From: a virus | Reading direction: 5' to 3' (one strand) | DNA: 64,000 nucleotides | IMG/VR virus record: IMGVR_UViG_3300025423_000009 | Location: 1-64,000 of that record | Shown here: one piece after another, positions 54,169 to 62,969 of the stretch | Layout of the letters: every line of letters begins with the position of its first letter | Numbering within the stretch: position 1 is the stretch's first letter | Notes under the pieces: model-generated | What the model was told of the DNA's origin: nothing | Database searches by the model: none | Seen by the model: only the letters and a program-made list of their open reading frames with translations | Translations under genes and position numbers: made by a program

Positions 54169-54904
54169 AGGGGCGTACTTTAGGATAGAACTTACGATAT
54201 TCTTCCTTACTTATCGAGTGCTGTCCAGTCAGATCGAAATGATCGATCAGATAGAACTGACTCGAATAGACATGTAAATTTCCAACGTTCCAGACGATGT
54301 GACCCAGATCGACGTTGGATTCCGTCAAACGATTGTAGTCATTCAGAAGCTTCTTCAATACATGAAGCTGCCAGGCGTAGTCGTTACGATATCCAGCCCA
54401 GGCATCGTTGCTTCGCATCGAGACGATGGCATGCATGGAATTCTCACGAATGAAGTACTGAACCGTGTTCGTGCAGATGAAATCCGACATGCCGTCCTTA
54501 CAGAAGTCTTCATGCATGGAAGGACGCGTGTAGATCATGATCGCACGACGTGAATTCTTATTGCAGATGAGTTCTCTCAGGCATCCGTCATATTGACTAC
54601 CATTCTCCTTCGACCAGATGCACCATCCATAGTTCGAGTTGATCAATCCATTGGGCGTCGCGATCTTCTTCCAGATCTCTGGAACCTTGGCGGGAATGTC
54701 ATTCACGTTTAGTGACTTTGACTCATACCATTGAAGCTCACGCTTCACGTAGTCGTCATTCACGGAGCCAAAGATCGTCGGCTCATCGGCCATGAATTGA
54801 ACTCCGATGATCTCGACGGTCAGAGCTCCGGTCTTGTCGATCGTGAAGTTCTCGTTCCTCAAAAGATCCGAGAACTCTTTGCGAATGTCATTGATGTTCC
54901 GCAT
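54158..54904 (-). CDS. 42: dCMP hydroxymethylase (T4 gp42 ortholog)
   Basis: DKTG..T.EIIG, NSNYGW, RR.IMIYTRPSM, DGMSDF.CTNTVQY, MRSND..GYRNDYAWQ with Asp at the dCMP-specificity position. Confidence 0.9.
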   Translation of the reverse strand: MRNINDIRKEFSDLLRNENFTIDKTGALTVEIIGVQFMADEPTIFGSVNDDYVKRELQWYESKSLNVNDIPAKVPEIWKKIATPNGLINSNYGWCIWSKENGSQYDGCLRELICNKNSRRAIMIYTRPSMHEDFCKDGMSDFICTNTVQYFIRENSMHAIVSMRSNDAWAGYRNDYAWQLHVLKKLLNDYNRLTESNVDLGHIVWNVGNLHVYSSQFYLIDHFDLTGQHSISKEEYRKFYPKVRPYAN

Positions 54905-55287
54905 TATCCCTTGACCTCCTTCTTGGGACGATTAAAAATGTCATGATTTGCTTTTTGACCATCCATCTTGCCTCGACAGTATGAGACGATGAACGAGCAA
55001 TAGTTAGCCATGTCCTTGGCCGAGTCCTCGATCGATTCGAAGTTGGGTTGATAGTTTGGATCGTTTAGCATGGCTGAAACCACGGATTCCAAACGAAGCT
55101 TCTTGGCATGGACGATGTCCATCAGAGTCAAGATGCCATTTGGATAGTAATCGGCTTGCTTGATTCGAGACACGGCATTTTGATAGTCCACGCCTTTACG
55201 AGTCTGCAATTCAATGCATTCTTGTAAGACGCGAATCGATTCACGAGATGTTGATAGAATAGGTGACATAAAATGAAGAGACATCAT
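54904..55287 (-). CDS. Nucleotide-modification-associated all-alpha protein (Nmad1/DUF1599-like)
   Basis: ELQ.RKG.DY, K..RL.S, ESIEDS.KD.ANY. Confidence 0.7.
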   Translation of the reverse strand: MMSLHFMSPILSTSRESIRVLQECIELQTRKGVDYQNAVSRIKQADYYPNGILTLMDIVHAKKLRLESVVSAMLNDPNYQPNFESIEDSAKDMANYCSFIVSYCRGKMDGQKANHDIFNRPKKEVKG

Positions 55288-55348
55288 ACGGCATTGAGCC
55301 GCTGAAGTACAGTAAATTGTTTCTCAGAGATAGTCCGGCTTCAGATGT

Positions 55349-55645
55349 TCATTTGTAGTAGTTTGGGTTGGTGCAGCAGCCGCAGCAGCCGTGCGTCGAG
55401 TCTTTTTGGGCGCGTTGGCAGTCGGGGTCGGGGTGGCCGACTCCGCAGCGGCAGATTCGTTCGGTGATGCCTCGGTCGGTGCGGTAGTTCAGCGGCCAGT
55501 AGCGCATCGTGTGGTTGCTCGGGTTGTGGACGGGGCAGTGGTTACCAGCGCAGGCGTCTGGGTCGTGGGTGACGAATGCCGACCAGTATTCCCGTTCGTG
55601 CGGCAATAGTTCGCCTGATCGTCCAAGCTTTTCTTTATTTGTCAT
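55349..55645 (-). CDS. Cys/His-rich metal-binding protein in a GC-rich patch
   Basis: H...C....CP.HNPS.H, ER.C.CGVGHPDPD, HGCCGCC. Confidence 0.65.
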   Translation of the reverse strand: MTNKEKLGRSGELLPHEREYWSAFVTHDPDACAGNHCPVHNPSNHTMRYWPLNYRTDRGITERICRCGVGHPDPDCQRAQKDSTHGCCGCCTNPNYYK

Positions 55646-55755
55646 GGGCGTTTTTGATGGTCGATGAAGTCCTTGATCAGGTATACGATCACGACTAAGT
55701 CGATGATGATTCCATTGATCGTGTAGATGTGTTGCATTGTATGTTGCATTGTAAA

Positions 55756-55830
55756 TGGCGACCCTACCGGGAATCGAACCCGGGCTACCTCCGTGAAAGG
55801 GAGGTGTCCTAACCGCTAGACCATAGGGTC
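55756..55830 (-). tRNA. tRNA-Glu(TTC)
   Basis: GACCCTA...CCTCC-CTTTCAC-GGAGG...GGTTCGATTCC...GGGTCGCCA. Confidence 0.93.
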
Positions 55831-55836
55831 GATGGA

Positions 55837-56484
55837 TTAGTTATAGTTCTGAGTCTCGTCGTCTCGACACTCACGACAACGCAGAGCGATCCAGTGATTG
55901 GACCTCGACTTCACATCATGATTTGATCCACAGGCCTCGCATGTTCGTGCGGACCAGGACTCGGCCATGGAGATCAAGCCATCCACATATTCGTCCGAGA
56001 CATTCTTGTAGATACGCAGAGTTCCGAACTTCTCCTTGACCTGTTCAAAGGTAACTTGAGGATGAACCTTTCGACCAGAGAGCTCTTGGTAAAATATCCA
56101 TCTGGCGTCCCATCTGTCTTGAAAAGCCACCAGTTTCTTCCATTGACCGTCATATCGAGCATATTCAGGAGAACCATCTACCGGAAAGCTTTGTGGAACT
56201 CCGGCCTTCGTGATGAAGTGCCGATAAGCCCAACGTTCGATGAATCGATTGTAGAAGCGATGCCACTCACGAAATACCCAGTAAGTGATCGGACTATACT
56301 TAGGAACATATTCATCACGATCACAGTGATGTTGAATTTGTGCACAGAGTGTGTCGAGGATGTCATACCATCCGTCGTCACATTCGATTCCCCAGCACAT
56401 ACACGTCTCCGTCATTGGCTTCGACGCGGAGGCAAAGATCTTTGGATACTTGTCGTAAAGGGATTTTTGTTTTTTAGGTGTCAT
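55837..56484 (-). CDS. Conserved phage hypothetical protein
   Basis: ECDDGW..I...LC..I, QVKEKFGTLR.Y, S..TCE.CG. Confidence 0.7.
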   Translation of the reverse strand: MTPKKQKSLYDKYPKIFASASKPMTETCMCWGIECDDGWYDILDTLCAQIQHHCDRDEYVPKYSPITYWVFREWHRFYNRFIERWAYRHFITKAGVPQSFPVDGSPEYARYDGQWKKLVAFQDRWDARWIFYQELSGRKVHPQVTFEQVKEKFGTLRIYKNVSDEYVDGLISMAESWSARTCEACGSNHDVKSRSNHWIALRCRECRDDETQNYN

Positions 56485-56498
56485 AATAAAAAAATCGA

Positions 56499-56577
56499 GC
56501 CGAATCGGAGTAAGCCGTTGTCGAGTGACTAGTATCTTACCGGACGGGGCATGGAGCCCCTTGTCCTCCGATTCGGC
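56499..56577 (-). ncRNA. Putative structured RNA downstream of tRNA-Met
   Basis: 12-bp closing stem GCCGAATCGGAG/CTCCGATTCGGC enclosing internal hairpins; followed by a T-run. Confidence 0.45.
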
Positions 56578-56581
56578 AAAT

Positions 56582-56656
56582 TGGGAGCAGGGGACGGAAT
56601 CGAACCGCCGACCTGGTGGTTATGAGCCACCCGATCTACCACTGATCTACCCTGCA
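56582..56656 (-). tRNA. tRNA-Met(CAT), initiator-like
   Basis: GGTGG-CTCATAA-CCACC; 1:72 mismatch and A11-U24 as in fMet tRNAs, but only two of the three anticodon-stem G-C pairs. Confidence 0.85.
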
Positions 56657-56746
56657 GTTAAAATTTATTCTGAGATAATTCTATCATGAAAGGCCGCATC
56701 TCAGTCATTCGGCCACTTACTCACTTCCGCTACCGCTCTAAACATA

Positions 56747-56823
56747 TGGCGCGAGTGACGGGGCTCGAACCCGTAACCTCTGCCGTGACAGGGCAGCGCT
56801 CTAACCAATTGAGCTACACCCGC
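56747..56823 (-). tRNA. tRNA-Asp(GTC)
   Basis: GCGGGTG...CTGCC-CTGTCAC-GGCAG...GGTTCGAGCCC...CTCGCGCCA. Confidence 0.93.
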
Positions 56824-56832
56824 TAAATTAAA

Positions 56833-57030
56833 TATCCCGCTGCAAGTGTCCACCGGAATTTTCAGCAGTATTTGCCCACTTGCACTTCGTTCGAGCTTTC
56901 CTCAGCGTATCGCCTAGTATATTCCCGAATCTCGTCCGGCAAAGGAACGGGATAAATTGGAGCGTCGCGGGCGGTTTCCCTGATCGATCAGAGAGGACGT
57001 CCTGTCCAATCGACTTGACCCGCAACGCAT
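56833..57030 (-). ncRNA. Putative ~200-nt structured RNA upstream of tRNA-Asp
   Basis: No convincing ORF; several complementary pairs including crossing (pseudoknot-type) ones. Confidence 0.4.
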
Positions 57031-57036
57031 TAAGAT

Positions 57037-57207
57037 TTAGGCCGGACGAGGACGATGGCCACAGATGTATGACTGCTCGAGCAAACTCGGACCCGGCTTG
57101 CCATATCGACTTGCCGACGCGGCCACCTTGGGCTTCTTGGACTTTCGCTTGGCACCGATGTCGACTTCGAGGATCGCAGGTTTATTACGTTTGGAGTTGT
57201 TGTTCAT
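57037..57207 (-). CDS. Small basic protein (56 aa)
   Basis: Manually read MNNNSKRNKPAILEVDIGAKRKSKK...; ATGA coupling. Confidence 0.45.
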   Translation of the reverse strand: MNNNSKRNKPAILEVDIGAKRKSKKPKVAASASRYGKPGPSLLEQSYICGHRPRPA

Positions 57208-57359
57208 GTATGTTGTGATTTATCTATGACGATGGATTCAGACATGCATCGATCACAGTAGCAGTTGCCGTACTCATCTACACGCATCTGAAAGACGTCG
57301 TGTAGGTCGTGACAGCACTGGCACTCGATCAGTCCGTATGTCTGATCATCTTCGTCCAT
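57204..57359 (-). CDS. Small zinc-binding protein (51 aa)
   Basis: CQCC...CYCDRC; directly after early promoter at 57365-57405. Confidence 0.55.
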   Translation of the reverse strand: MDEDDQTYGLIECQCCHDLHDVFQMRVDEYGNCYCDRCMSESIVIDKSQHT

Positions 57360-57404
57360 TGCCAGATCATATTACCATGAAAGGTTCAGAAGTACACGGC
57401 GAAA

Positions 57405-58397
57405 TTACGACAGAATTCGATCGACTCGAATCATCACTTGCTTGACGGCCATCCACATGTCGAGGTAAGTATAGGTTGCCAATCGTCCCAGGAAGATTGT
57501 CTTCCTCTCCGCATCAGCCAGCTTCTTGTATTCCATATAGACCTTCAGGCCTTCTCCGAATGGGATTGGATAGAACGGAACGTCTTCATTTCCGCAAGTC
57601 TGAGGATACTCCTCGGTGATGACAGTCAATCCTTCATGATTTGCAGTGAAGTAACCGTGATCGTACTTTCGAGTGTAGTCGTTCGTTCTATTGTTCTCGT
57701 TCTGAATGCAAAACGGCATGCGCTCACTCGTTACTTTATGAACGAATCTGAGAGAACGATAAGGAAGGACACCGAATCGAAAGTTGAAGTACTCGTCGAC
57801 CTTTCCAGTGTAGACGATCAGGTCTGTCGAGTGCTTCTTCCATTCGTCTGAGGCGCATCCGAGCTCTACAGGAATGCCTTCGAGCATGGCTTCGAACATT
57901 TTCGTGTATCCGTTTCGGGGAATGCACTGATACTTCTGGCCTTCGAACCAGGTGGGATCGTCACAATCCTTGGTCTTCGGGATGCGATTCGTGATGCTTG
58001 CTGGGATTTGATCGAACGGAACTCCCCATTGCTTTTCGGAGTACTCGCGAAACATATACTCAATGATCTCTTCCTGAGACAGCTCGCGACCAATCTCGGC
58101 GACGGTCTTTCGAGAATATGGAAGCGATACTAGCCCAAGGCGAGTGTTTCCCTTCGGCTGAAGCTTAAATGGAGTCCACTCTGTGAAACGGGATAGGAAT
58201 TCAAACACTCGCTCATCGTCCGTGTGAAAGACGTGAGGGCCATAGTTGTGAACCGTCACTCCACATACATTGGAATCATAGCAGTTACCGCCGATGTGCT
58301 TGCGCGAGTCGAAAATGCGGCACTCATGTCCAGCATCGGTCAGGAGTCGTGCGGCCGTGATACCAGAGAGGCCGCATCCGACGACGTTAACTTTCAT
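57405..58397 (-). CDS. glf: UDP-galactopyranose mutase
   Basis: VVGCGLSG, HIGGN.YD, H.YGPHVFHT, YSEKQWG, LPYRSL, P.YP, GRLATY.Y.DM. Confidence 0.92.
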   Translation of the reverse strand: MKVNVVGCGLSGITAARLLTDAGHECRIFDSRKHIGGNCYDSNVCGVTVHNYGPHVFHTDDERVFEFLSRFTEWTPFKLQPKGNTRLGLVSLPYSRKTVAEIGRELSQEEIIEYMFREYSEKQWGVPFDQIPASITNRIPKTKDCDDPTWFEGQKYQCIPRNGYTKMFEAMLEGIPVELGCASDEWKKHSTDLIVYTGKVDEYFNFRFGVLPYRSLRFVHKVTSERMPFCIQNENNRTNDYTRKYDHGYFTANHEGLTVITEEYPQTCGNEDVPFYPIPFGEGLKVYMEYKKLADAERKTIFLGRLATYTYLDMWMAVKQVMIRVDRILS

Positions 58398-59047
58398 AGC
58401 TTTTCAAATTCAGGCAGACGTATGGTCTTCGACAGGATGTCGAGGAGATGGTTTCGTTTCTCAAATGTAGCCCGCCAATCTTTGAAGTTCTGCTGAGGAG
58501 AAAATTGCTTTTTCACTTGCACGAACGTCATTCCCCATGATTCCGGATAATGTTTCGACTCGACAAATTCAGTCTTTTGATCCAGACTCGAGATGCCGAA
58601 GAACGCTTTGACCGCTTCTTCTGGCCTTTCCCAGACTATGCCTCCGTACATATCGTGCTTGTCTTTCGGCCATGCGGTGTCATGGAATACGACATAGCCA
58701 CCTTCCCTGATGTGAGGGAACCAGAAGAATAGCTCACAAAGAACCTGCTCTTTGATGTGGCACGTGTCAATGAAGAGCAGGTCGATGGATCCTTTGTTCC
58801 AGTGTTTGCCGATCGTAACTGAGTCTCCGAGTATGAATGCATATCGTTCATGATTCGTCAGATAAGATGGAACCTGAGCAGAGTCAATGTCGACTCCGTG
58901 CACTCTATTATTTCGAGCAGAAGCATCGCGAATCATCATCATCGACGACTCTCCGCTTCTAACGCCTAGATCCACAAACATTCTGTCGGATCCAAGCGAA
59001 TCGACGGTTTGTGCTAGAATCTCTTGATTTGGTCCTAGATCGTTCAT
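58394..59047 (-). CDS. Class I SAM-dependent methyltransferase (Methyltransf_24-like)
   Basis: VDLGVRSG.S, GVDID, DLLFIDT.H, GG.VVFHD. Confidence 0.85.
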   Translation of the reverse strand: MNDLGPNQEILAQTVDSLGSDRMFVDLGVRSGESSMMMIRDASARNNRVHGVDIDSAQVPSYLTNHERYAFILGDSVTIGKHWNKGSIDLLFIDTCHIKEQVLCELFFWFPHIREGGYVVFHDTAWPKDKHDMYGGIVWERPEEAVKAFFGISSLDQKTEFVESKHYPESWGMTFVQVKKQFSPQQNFKDWRATFEKRNHLLDILSKTIRLPEFEKL

Positions 59048-59928
59048 AATAAGTATTCCTTGATTTGCATGTCCAAGTCAGAACATTGATGTTTAAGAAT
59101 GTTTTTACTATTAGCAAATTCGTCTATAATCGTCTCATATGAAGTCAGACATCGTCGAATCACTTCACCTATCATTCGGTGATCGCCGAGTTTATACATG
59201 TCTGGAACCGTTACGTCTTCACTAAAAGCCGCTGAACCTTTACGATTTGTGATAACACAGTTACCGAAAAGCAAAGCTTCACGAGGGATTCGATCCTTTC
59301 CAGGATGATTCCCAAAGTCTATATAAATCTTGCTCTTGCACAGGAGATCGATGACCTGTTCTCGATTCAGTCCTGAGATCGGTCTGAAGTCGATGTTCGG
59401 ATTCTCCGTCATGATCTGCATCGTCACTTCGTACCCCTTGGCCGGATTATAGCATACGAAGTCTTGCTTCTCTGATAGAGGAATGTCTTGAATCGTATTG
59501 GCACCAAAGATGTAATCGTTCAGCATGTGAACATTCTTAGCTCCATTGCGAGTGACGTAGTCGTAAGCGTACCGCGACTGACAGAAGTGAGTAATTGAGG
59601 TGTCGTGAAAGTCCTGAAACTTAGAATGATTGTTGTCAACGCTTAGCCACCAGATAGCCCGTGATATCGATTTGAATGAAGGAAGCATCGCGGTCCACAC
59701 TTCAGGAACGATTAGTAGACTTTCAGCTTCGTCTGGAACAGAGAATCCATACTCTGAAAACTTGTAGTGAGCATAGATGTTTAGGACCGGATTCGAGCAA
59801 TGACGATCAAAGATCGGTATAGCTTTACCTCCAAGTCGATTGATGCCGTCGATCAACTGATACAATGATTCGATCCCTCCGGCCTGATACTGAGCCGGAG
59901 TCATCACATAAATTGCTTTGAATCTCAT
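59044..59928 (-). CDS. Putative glycosyltransferase (GT-B-like)
   Basis: GG.ESLYQL, VPE, WWLSVD, YNP.KG, KIYIDFG.HPGKDR.PREA. Confidence 0.65.
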   Translation of the reverse strand: MRFKAIYVMTPAQYQAGGIESLYQLIDGINRLGGKAIPIFDRHCSNPVLNIYAHYKFSEYGFSVPDEAESLLIVPEVWTAMLPSFKSISRAIWWLSVDNNHSKFQDFHDTSITHFCQSRYAYDYVTRNGAKNVHMLNDYIFGANTIQDIPLSEKQDFVCYNPAKGYEVTMQIMTENPNIDFRPISGLNREQVIDLLCKSKIYIDFGNHPGKDRIPREALLFGNCVITNRKGSAAFSEDVTVPDMYKLGDHRMIGEVIRRCLTSYETIIDEFANSKNILKHQCSDLDMQIKEYLL

Positions 59929-60626
59929 GTGCGCACGTACTTTCTTCTTACATATTCAAGTTCAGATTGCTTCTTCGCATCGCTAACCAAAGACGAGCTT
60001 ATCTGATTCGAATGCTCGCGATTTGCCACCGTGATCTGATTGCAGATCGCTGGAAGCCCATGCTTATCATACAGCTGCTTATAGTAGTCGACATCCATCA
60101 GCCATATCAAATTCTCATCGAATCGCAGGACGTTTTCATTCTTGAACATAATGACACTCGGCGAGCTGATAGTATTTGTGCCATATTGAATCTCATCATG
60201 ATAGAATGGAAAGTTCGGTCGTTCCAGCCTGACACCGTCCGGAGACTGGCATGAAGCCGTTGCCAACCAGTAGTTTTGACTTCCCGCGAAATAGAACATC
60301 ATTGCTTCAAGACTTCGATCGGAAGTTAGGAAGTCATCTTGAAAGAGTGGCTTTATCACCTTTCCACATGCGTGATGAATCGCATTGTTGGTATTGTGAG
60401 AAGAGTTACCTCGATTCATCGCTTTAACATATCGAATGAGTAAACGATCATTCCATCGTTCGCATAGTCGATTGATCCCATCGTCGATGCTCTGATCGGA
60501 CACGATCACTTCGAAAGACTTGAATGTCTGACGAGTTAGTATTGAAAATGAATGTTCAAGGTAAGCGACGCCTTGACCGGCCATTTCATAAGTTGGAATG
60601 CATATCGATACGATCGGATCGTTCAT
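59925..60626 (-). CDS. Glycosyltransferase family 2
   Basis: VSICIPTYE, EVIVSDQS, N.NNAI, LFQDD. Confidence 0.85.
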   Translation of the reverse strand: MNDPIVSICIPTYEMAGQGVAYLEHSFSILTRQTFKSFEVIVSDQSIDDGINRLCERWNDRLLIRYVKAMNRGNSSHNTNNAIHHACGKVIKPLFQDDFLTSDRSLEAMMFYFAGSQNYWLATASCQSPDGVRLERPNFPFYHDEIQYGTNTISSPSVIMFKNENVLRFDENLIWLMDVDYYKQLYDKHGLPAICNQITVANREHSNQISSSLVSDAKKQSELEYVRRKYVRT

Positions 60627-61453
60627 AGCTTGGGTAGATTTAGATTCTCAAGTATTTCACTCAGACGATAGAAATAGTCACCCCAGTAGAGAGCCCTCCG
60701 GCAGTTATCTTCGATTGCCTGACTCCTCTTATGATAGTCTTCTTCCGTTAGACCATTGACGATTTGAATGAGTTCGTTCTCGTCATTGAACGTGATGTAC
60801 CCATCTGGATTGAAGAAGTCTGATAGATTTGGACATCCCCAGTATATGGGAACGGTCTTGGTCAGGAAGCTGTCAATCACTTTCTCCGTAAAGTAGTTCT
60901 TATTCCTCGAGTTTTCGACCGCGATATGGAACATGCTTTTCCAGCATACTACTTTGTCTTGAGGTTCGCATTGAAAGATCCAGCTGTTTGGAGTTGTCAC
61001 TGAAGATCGAGAGTTGAAGATGCTGTGTCTAAGCCGATGACCCTCGATGGCATTCTTGACACCGCAAAGAAATGAAGTTTCAAACTTCTTTTCTTTGATG
61101 CTGATATTCTGATATGTCCGCTTGTTGTCCCAGATGAAAGACGTACCAAAGGGAAACATCATGGAGTTTGGACACTTTGACAGTATTGAATCTCCCCAAG
61201 TCAAAATCAAATTAAAAGCTCGATGATTTGTGATCGCCCAGTCGTGTAGACCAAACAATTGATTCGGTTCCTGTATGACGAGTATGTTACATGCGCTAAG
61301 TTTCAGCTGATCTGTATTCGGAATAAAGTCGGTGAATACGGTAACGTTCCTATCGGAGAAGTCGACTTTTTTGCTCGGAAGAATGAAGTCTTCTCCAGTC
61401 AGAAGAGTCTTCTCATAAAGAGAAGGTGGTATGAAGGTCGAGAAGAATTTCAT
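60623..61453 (-). CDS. GT10 (alpha-1,3/4-fucosyltransferase-like) glycosyltransferase
   Basis: F.IAVENS...NYFTEK..D.F...TVPIYWG. Confidence 0.8.
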   Translation of the reverse strand: MKFFSTFIPPSLYEKTLLTGEDFILPSKKVDFSDRNVTVFTDFIPNTDQLKLSACNILVIQEPNQLFGLHDWAITNHRAFNLILTWGDSILSKCPNSMMFPFGTSFIWDNKRTYQNISIKEKKFETSFLCGVKNAIEGHRLRHSIFNSRSSVTTPNSWIFQCEPQDKVVCWKSMFHIAVENSRNKNYFTEKVIDSFLTKTVPIYWGCPNLSDFFNPDGYITFNDENELIQIVNGLTEEDYHKRSQAIEDNCRRALYWGDYFYRLSEILENLNLPKL

Positions 61454-62265
61454 ATAATGATCCAGTTTTTCTGATACAGGTCGCTGATATTTGCCTCCGC
61501 CAGGTGCTGACGAAACCACACAGACGGAGCTATAACTTTCTTATTTGGATTAGAGTTTAGCCAACTTCCCCACCATGAGAACGTTGAGTTTGCGATGATA
61601 TTGTGCTGGCACAGGGACATCAGGCATAGCTCGACGAACTGATTGTTAGCCGTGCAAAGACGGACCGAATCGCTCGGACGAATCTTTTGCCCCAGGAATG
61701 CCGGATCGTCCGTGATGTAGATGAAGTCATATGGCTTATCCAAAAAGTTCTCTTCAATGGCCCTACGGTAATATGTTTCATCGCATAAGCCATGCCATGT
61801 ATTTTGCACATAGTCACCTCGCCGAACATGAATCGATACCGTCTCATGATCAGGACGAAGATATTTCTTGGCTTCTTCGATGATCTCGGGTTTGAAAGTG
61901 AATTCACGTCGTACCCGATCTTCAATGTGTTCAAAGTATCGATGAGTTTGAAAGTATCCACGTAGACATACATTATCACCTGTATGAAAGAATTTCTCTT
62001 GAAAATGAAATTCATTTGGACTATTCTCAATGGCAAACTTATACTCGCCAGGAACACAATCCTTACACGACAGATTAAATGCCTTATCAACCGTCATGGC
62101 GTGAAAGGTATTATCAATCGGAAATTCTTTCCACGTAAGAGAATTTCCATATCGTCGATCGATTCCCCAATCGAGATTCTGTTTAGTCGCGATGCCCATC
62201 AGAGCCGCATATTGAAACATTTGATTGCCCAACCTCCCATTAGGTCCTATGAGTGCCGTAATCAT
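61450..62265 (-). CDS. GT11 (alpha-1,2-fucosyltransferase-like) glycosyltransferase
   Basis: GRLGNQMFQYA, GYFQ, IHVRRGDY, IIANSTFSWWG. Confidence 0.9.
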   Translation of the reverse strand: MITALIGPNGRLGNQMFQYAALMGIATKQNLDWGIDRRYGNSLTWKEFPIDNTFHAMTVDKAFNLSCKDCVPGEYKFAIENSPNEFHFQEKFFHTGDNVCLRGYFQTHRYFEHIEDRVRREFTFKPEIIEEAKKYLRPDHETVSIHVRRGDYVQNTWHGLCDETYYRRAIEENFLDKPYDFIYITDDPAFLGQKIRPSDSVRLCTANNQFVELCLMSLCQHNIIANSTFSWWGSWLNSNPNKKVIAPSVWFRQHLAEANISDLYQKNWIII

Positions 62266-62269
62266 AATA

Positions 62270-62965
62270 TCATTTATAGTATTTTTCCGCACGAGGTAGT
62301 CCATCTGCTCCATTGACGAAGACGATGGCCTCAGGTGGAGGAACTTTGCCGTGACCGGTATAATGAACGGCAAACTTAGTCGTATAGTTTACCGTAGGCT
62401 TGAAAGATCTCGCCACATGTTGCTTAGGCAAATGATGCCAGAAGATACGATCTCCGATAATACCGAGTTTCTTCTCCTTAAATGTCCAGAATCCGATGAG
62501 ATTGAAAGCCGATCGAGCGATCAGATAGCAATTCGTATCACAAAAGTTAACGCCGTCGGATTCGAGGCACGTGGCAATGACTTCACCTTGCAGATCTCGC
62601 AAAGTCCTTCCAGTCGTAACGATCGGAGTCTGATCCGTAACTTTAGATATAGCCTCGGCTACGTGATCGGATTCATACCAACAGTCCGCATCGAGGAAGC
62701 ACACGGCGTCGAATCCTTGATTACAGGCAATGGCCGCACCAATCGCTCGTGGAGTGTCACCATAGTCTCCGCAGTTTGGAATCGAAAAATGACGATTCTT
62801 GCCGAATTTCACGCTCGGTAAATCATCGATCCAGGCTTGAGGATGACCATCCGCAACAATGAAGTGAGACACATATGGGTGAGTCTGACTCGTCACGGAA
62901 CGCATGCATCTGACCAGAGTATCGGGATCTTCCTTATAGTAGGGAGTAATGACGGCGACATTCAT
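62270..62965 (-). CDS. Glycosyltransferase family 2
   Basis: VITPYY, V.DG, FLDAD (DxD), D.N. Confidence 0.8.
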   Translation of the reverse strand: MNVAVITPYYKEDPDTLVRCMRSVTSQTHPYVSHFIVADGHPQAWIDDLPSVKFGKNRHFSIPNCGDYGDTPRAIGAAIACNQGFDAVCFLDADCWYESDHVAEAISKVTDQTPIVTTGRTLRDLQGEVIATCLESDGVNFCDTNCYLIARSAFNLIGFWTFKEKKLGIIGDRIFWHHLPKQHVARSFKPTVNYTTKFAVHYTGHGKVPPPEAIVFVNGADGLPRAEKYYK

Positions 62966-62969
62966 AAAA

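Noticed and set aside
54158-54904. Ordinary thymidylate synthase or dUMP hydroxymethylase
   Set aside because: Asp rather than Asn at the specificity position, and the sequence follows T4 gp42 motifs throughout.
56499-56581. tRNA-associated HDV-like (theta) ribozyme
   Set aside because: The 12-bp stem encloses the whole element; I could not build the nested double-pseudoknot topology starting at the tRNA 3' end.
56833-57030. RNase P RNA or tmRNA (GAGGAAAGCTC resembles the RNase P CR-I)
   Set aside because: No matching CR-V/P4 partner, no tRNA-like tmRNA ends, and too short.
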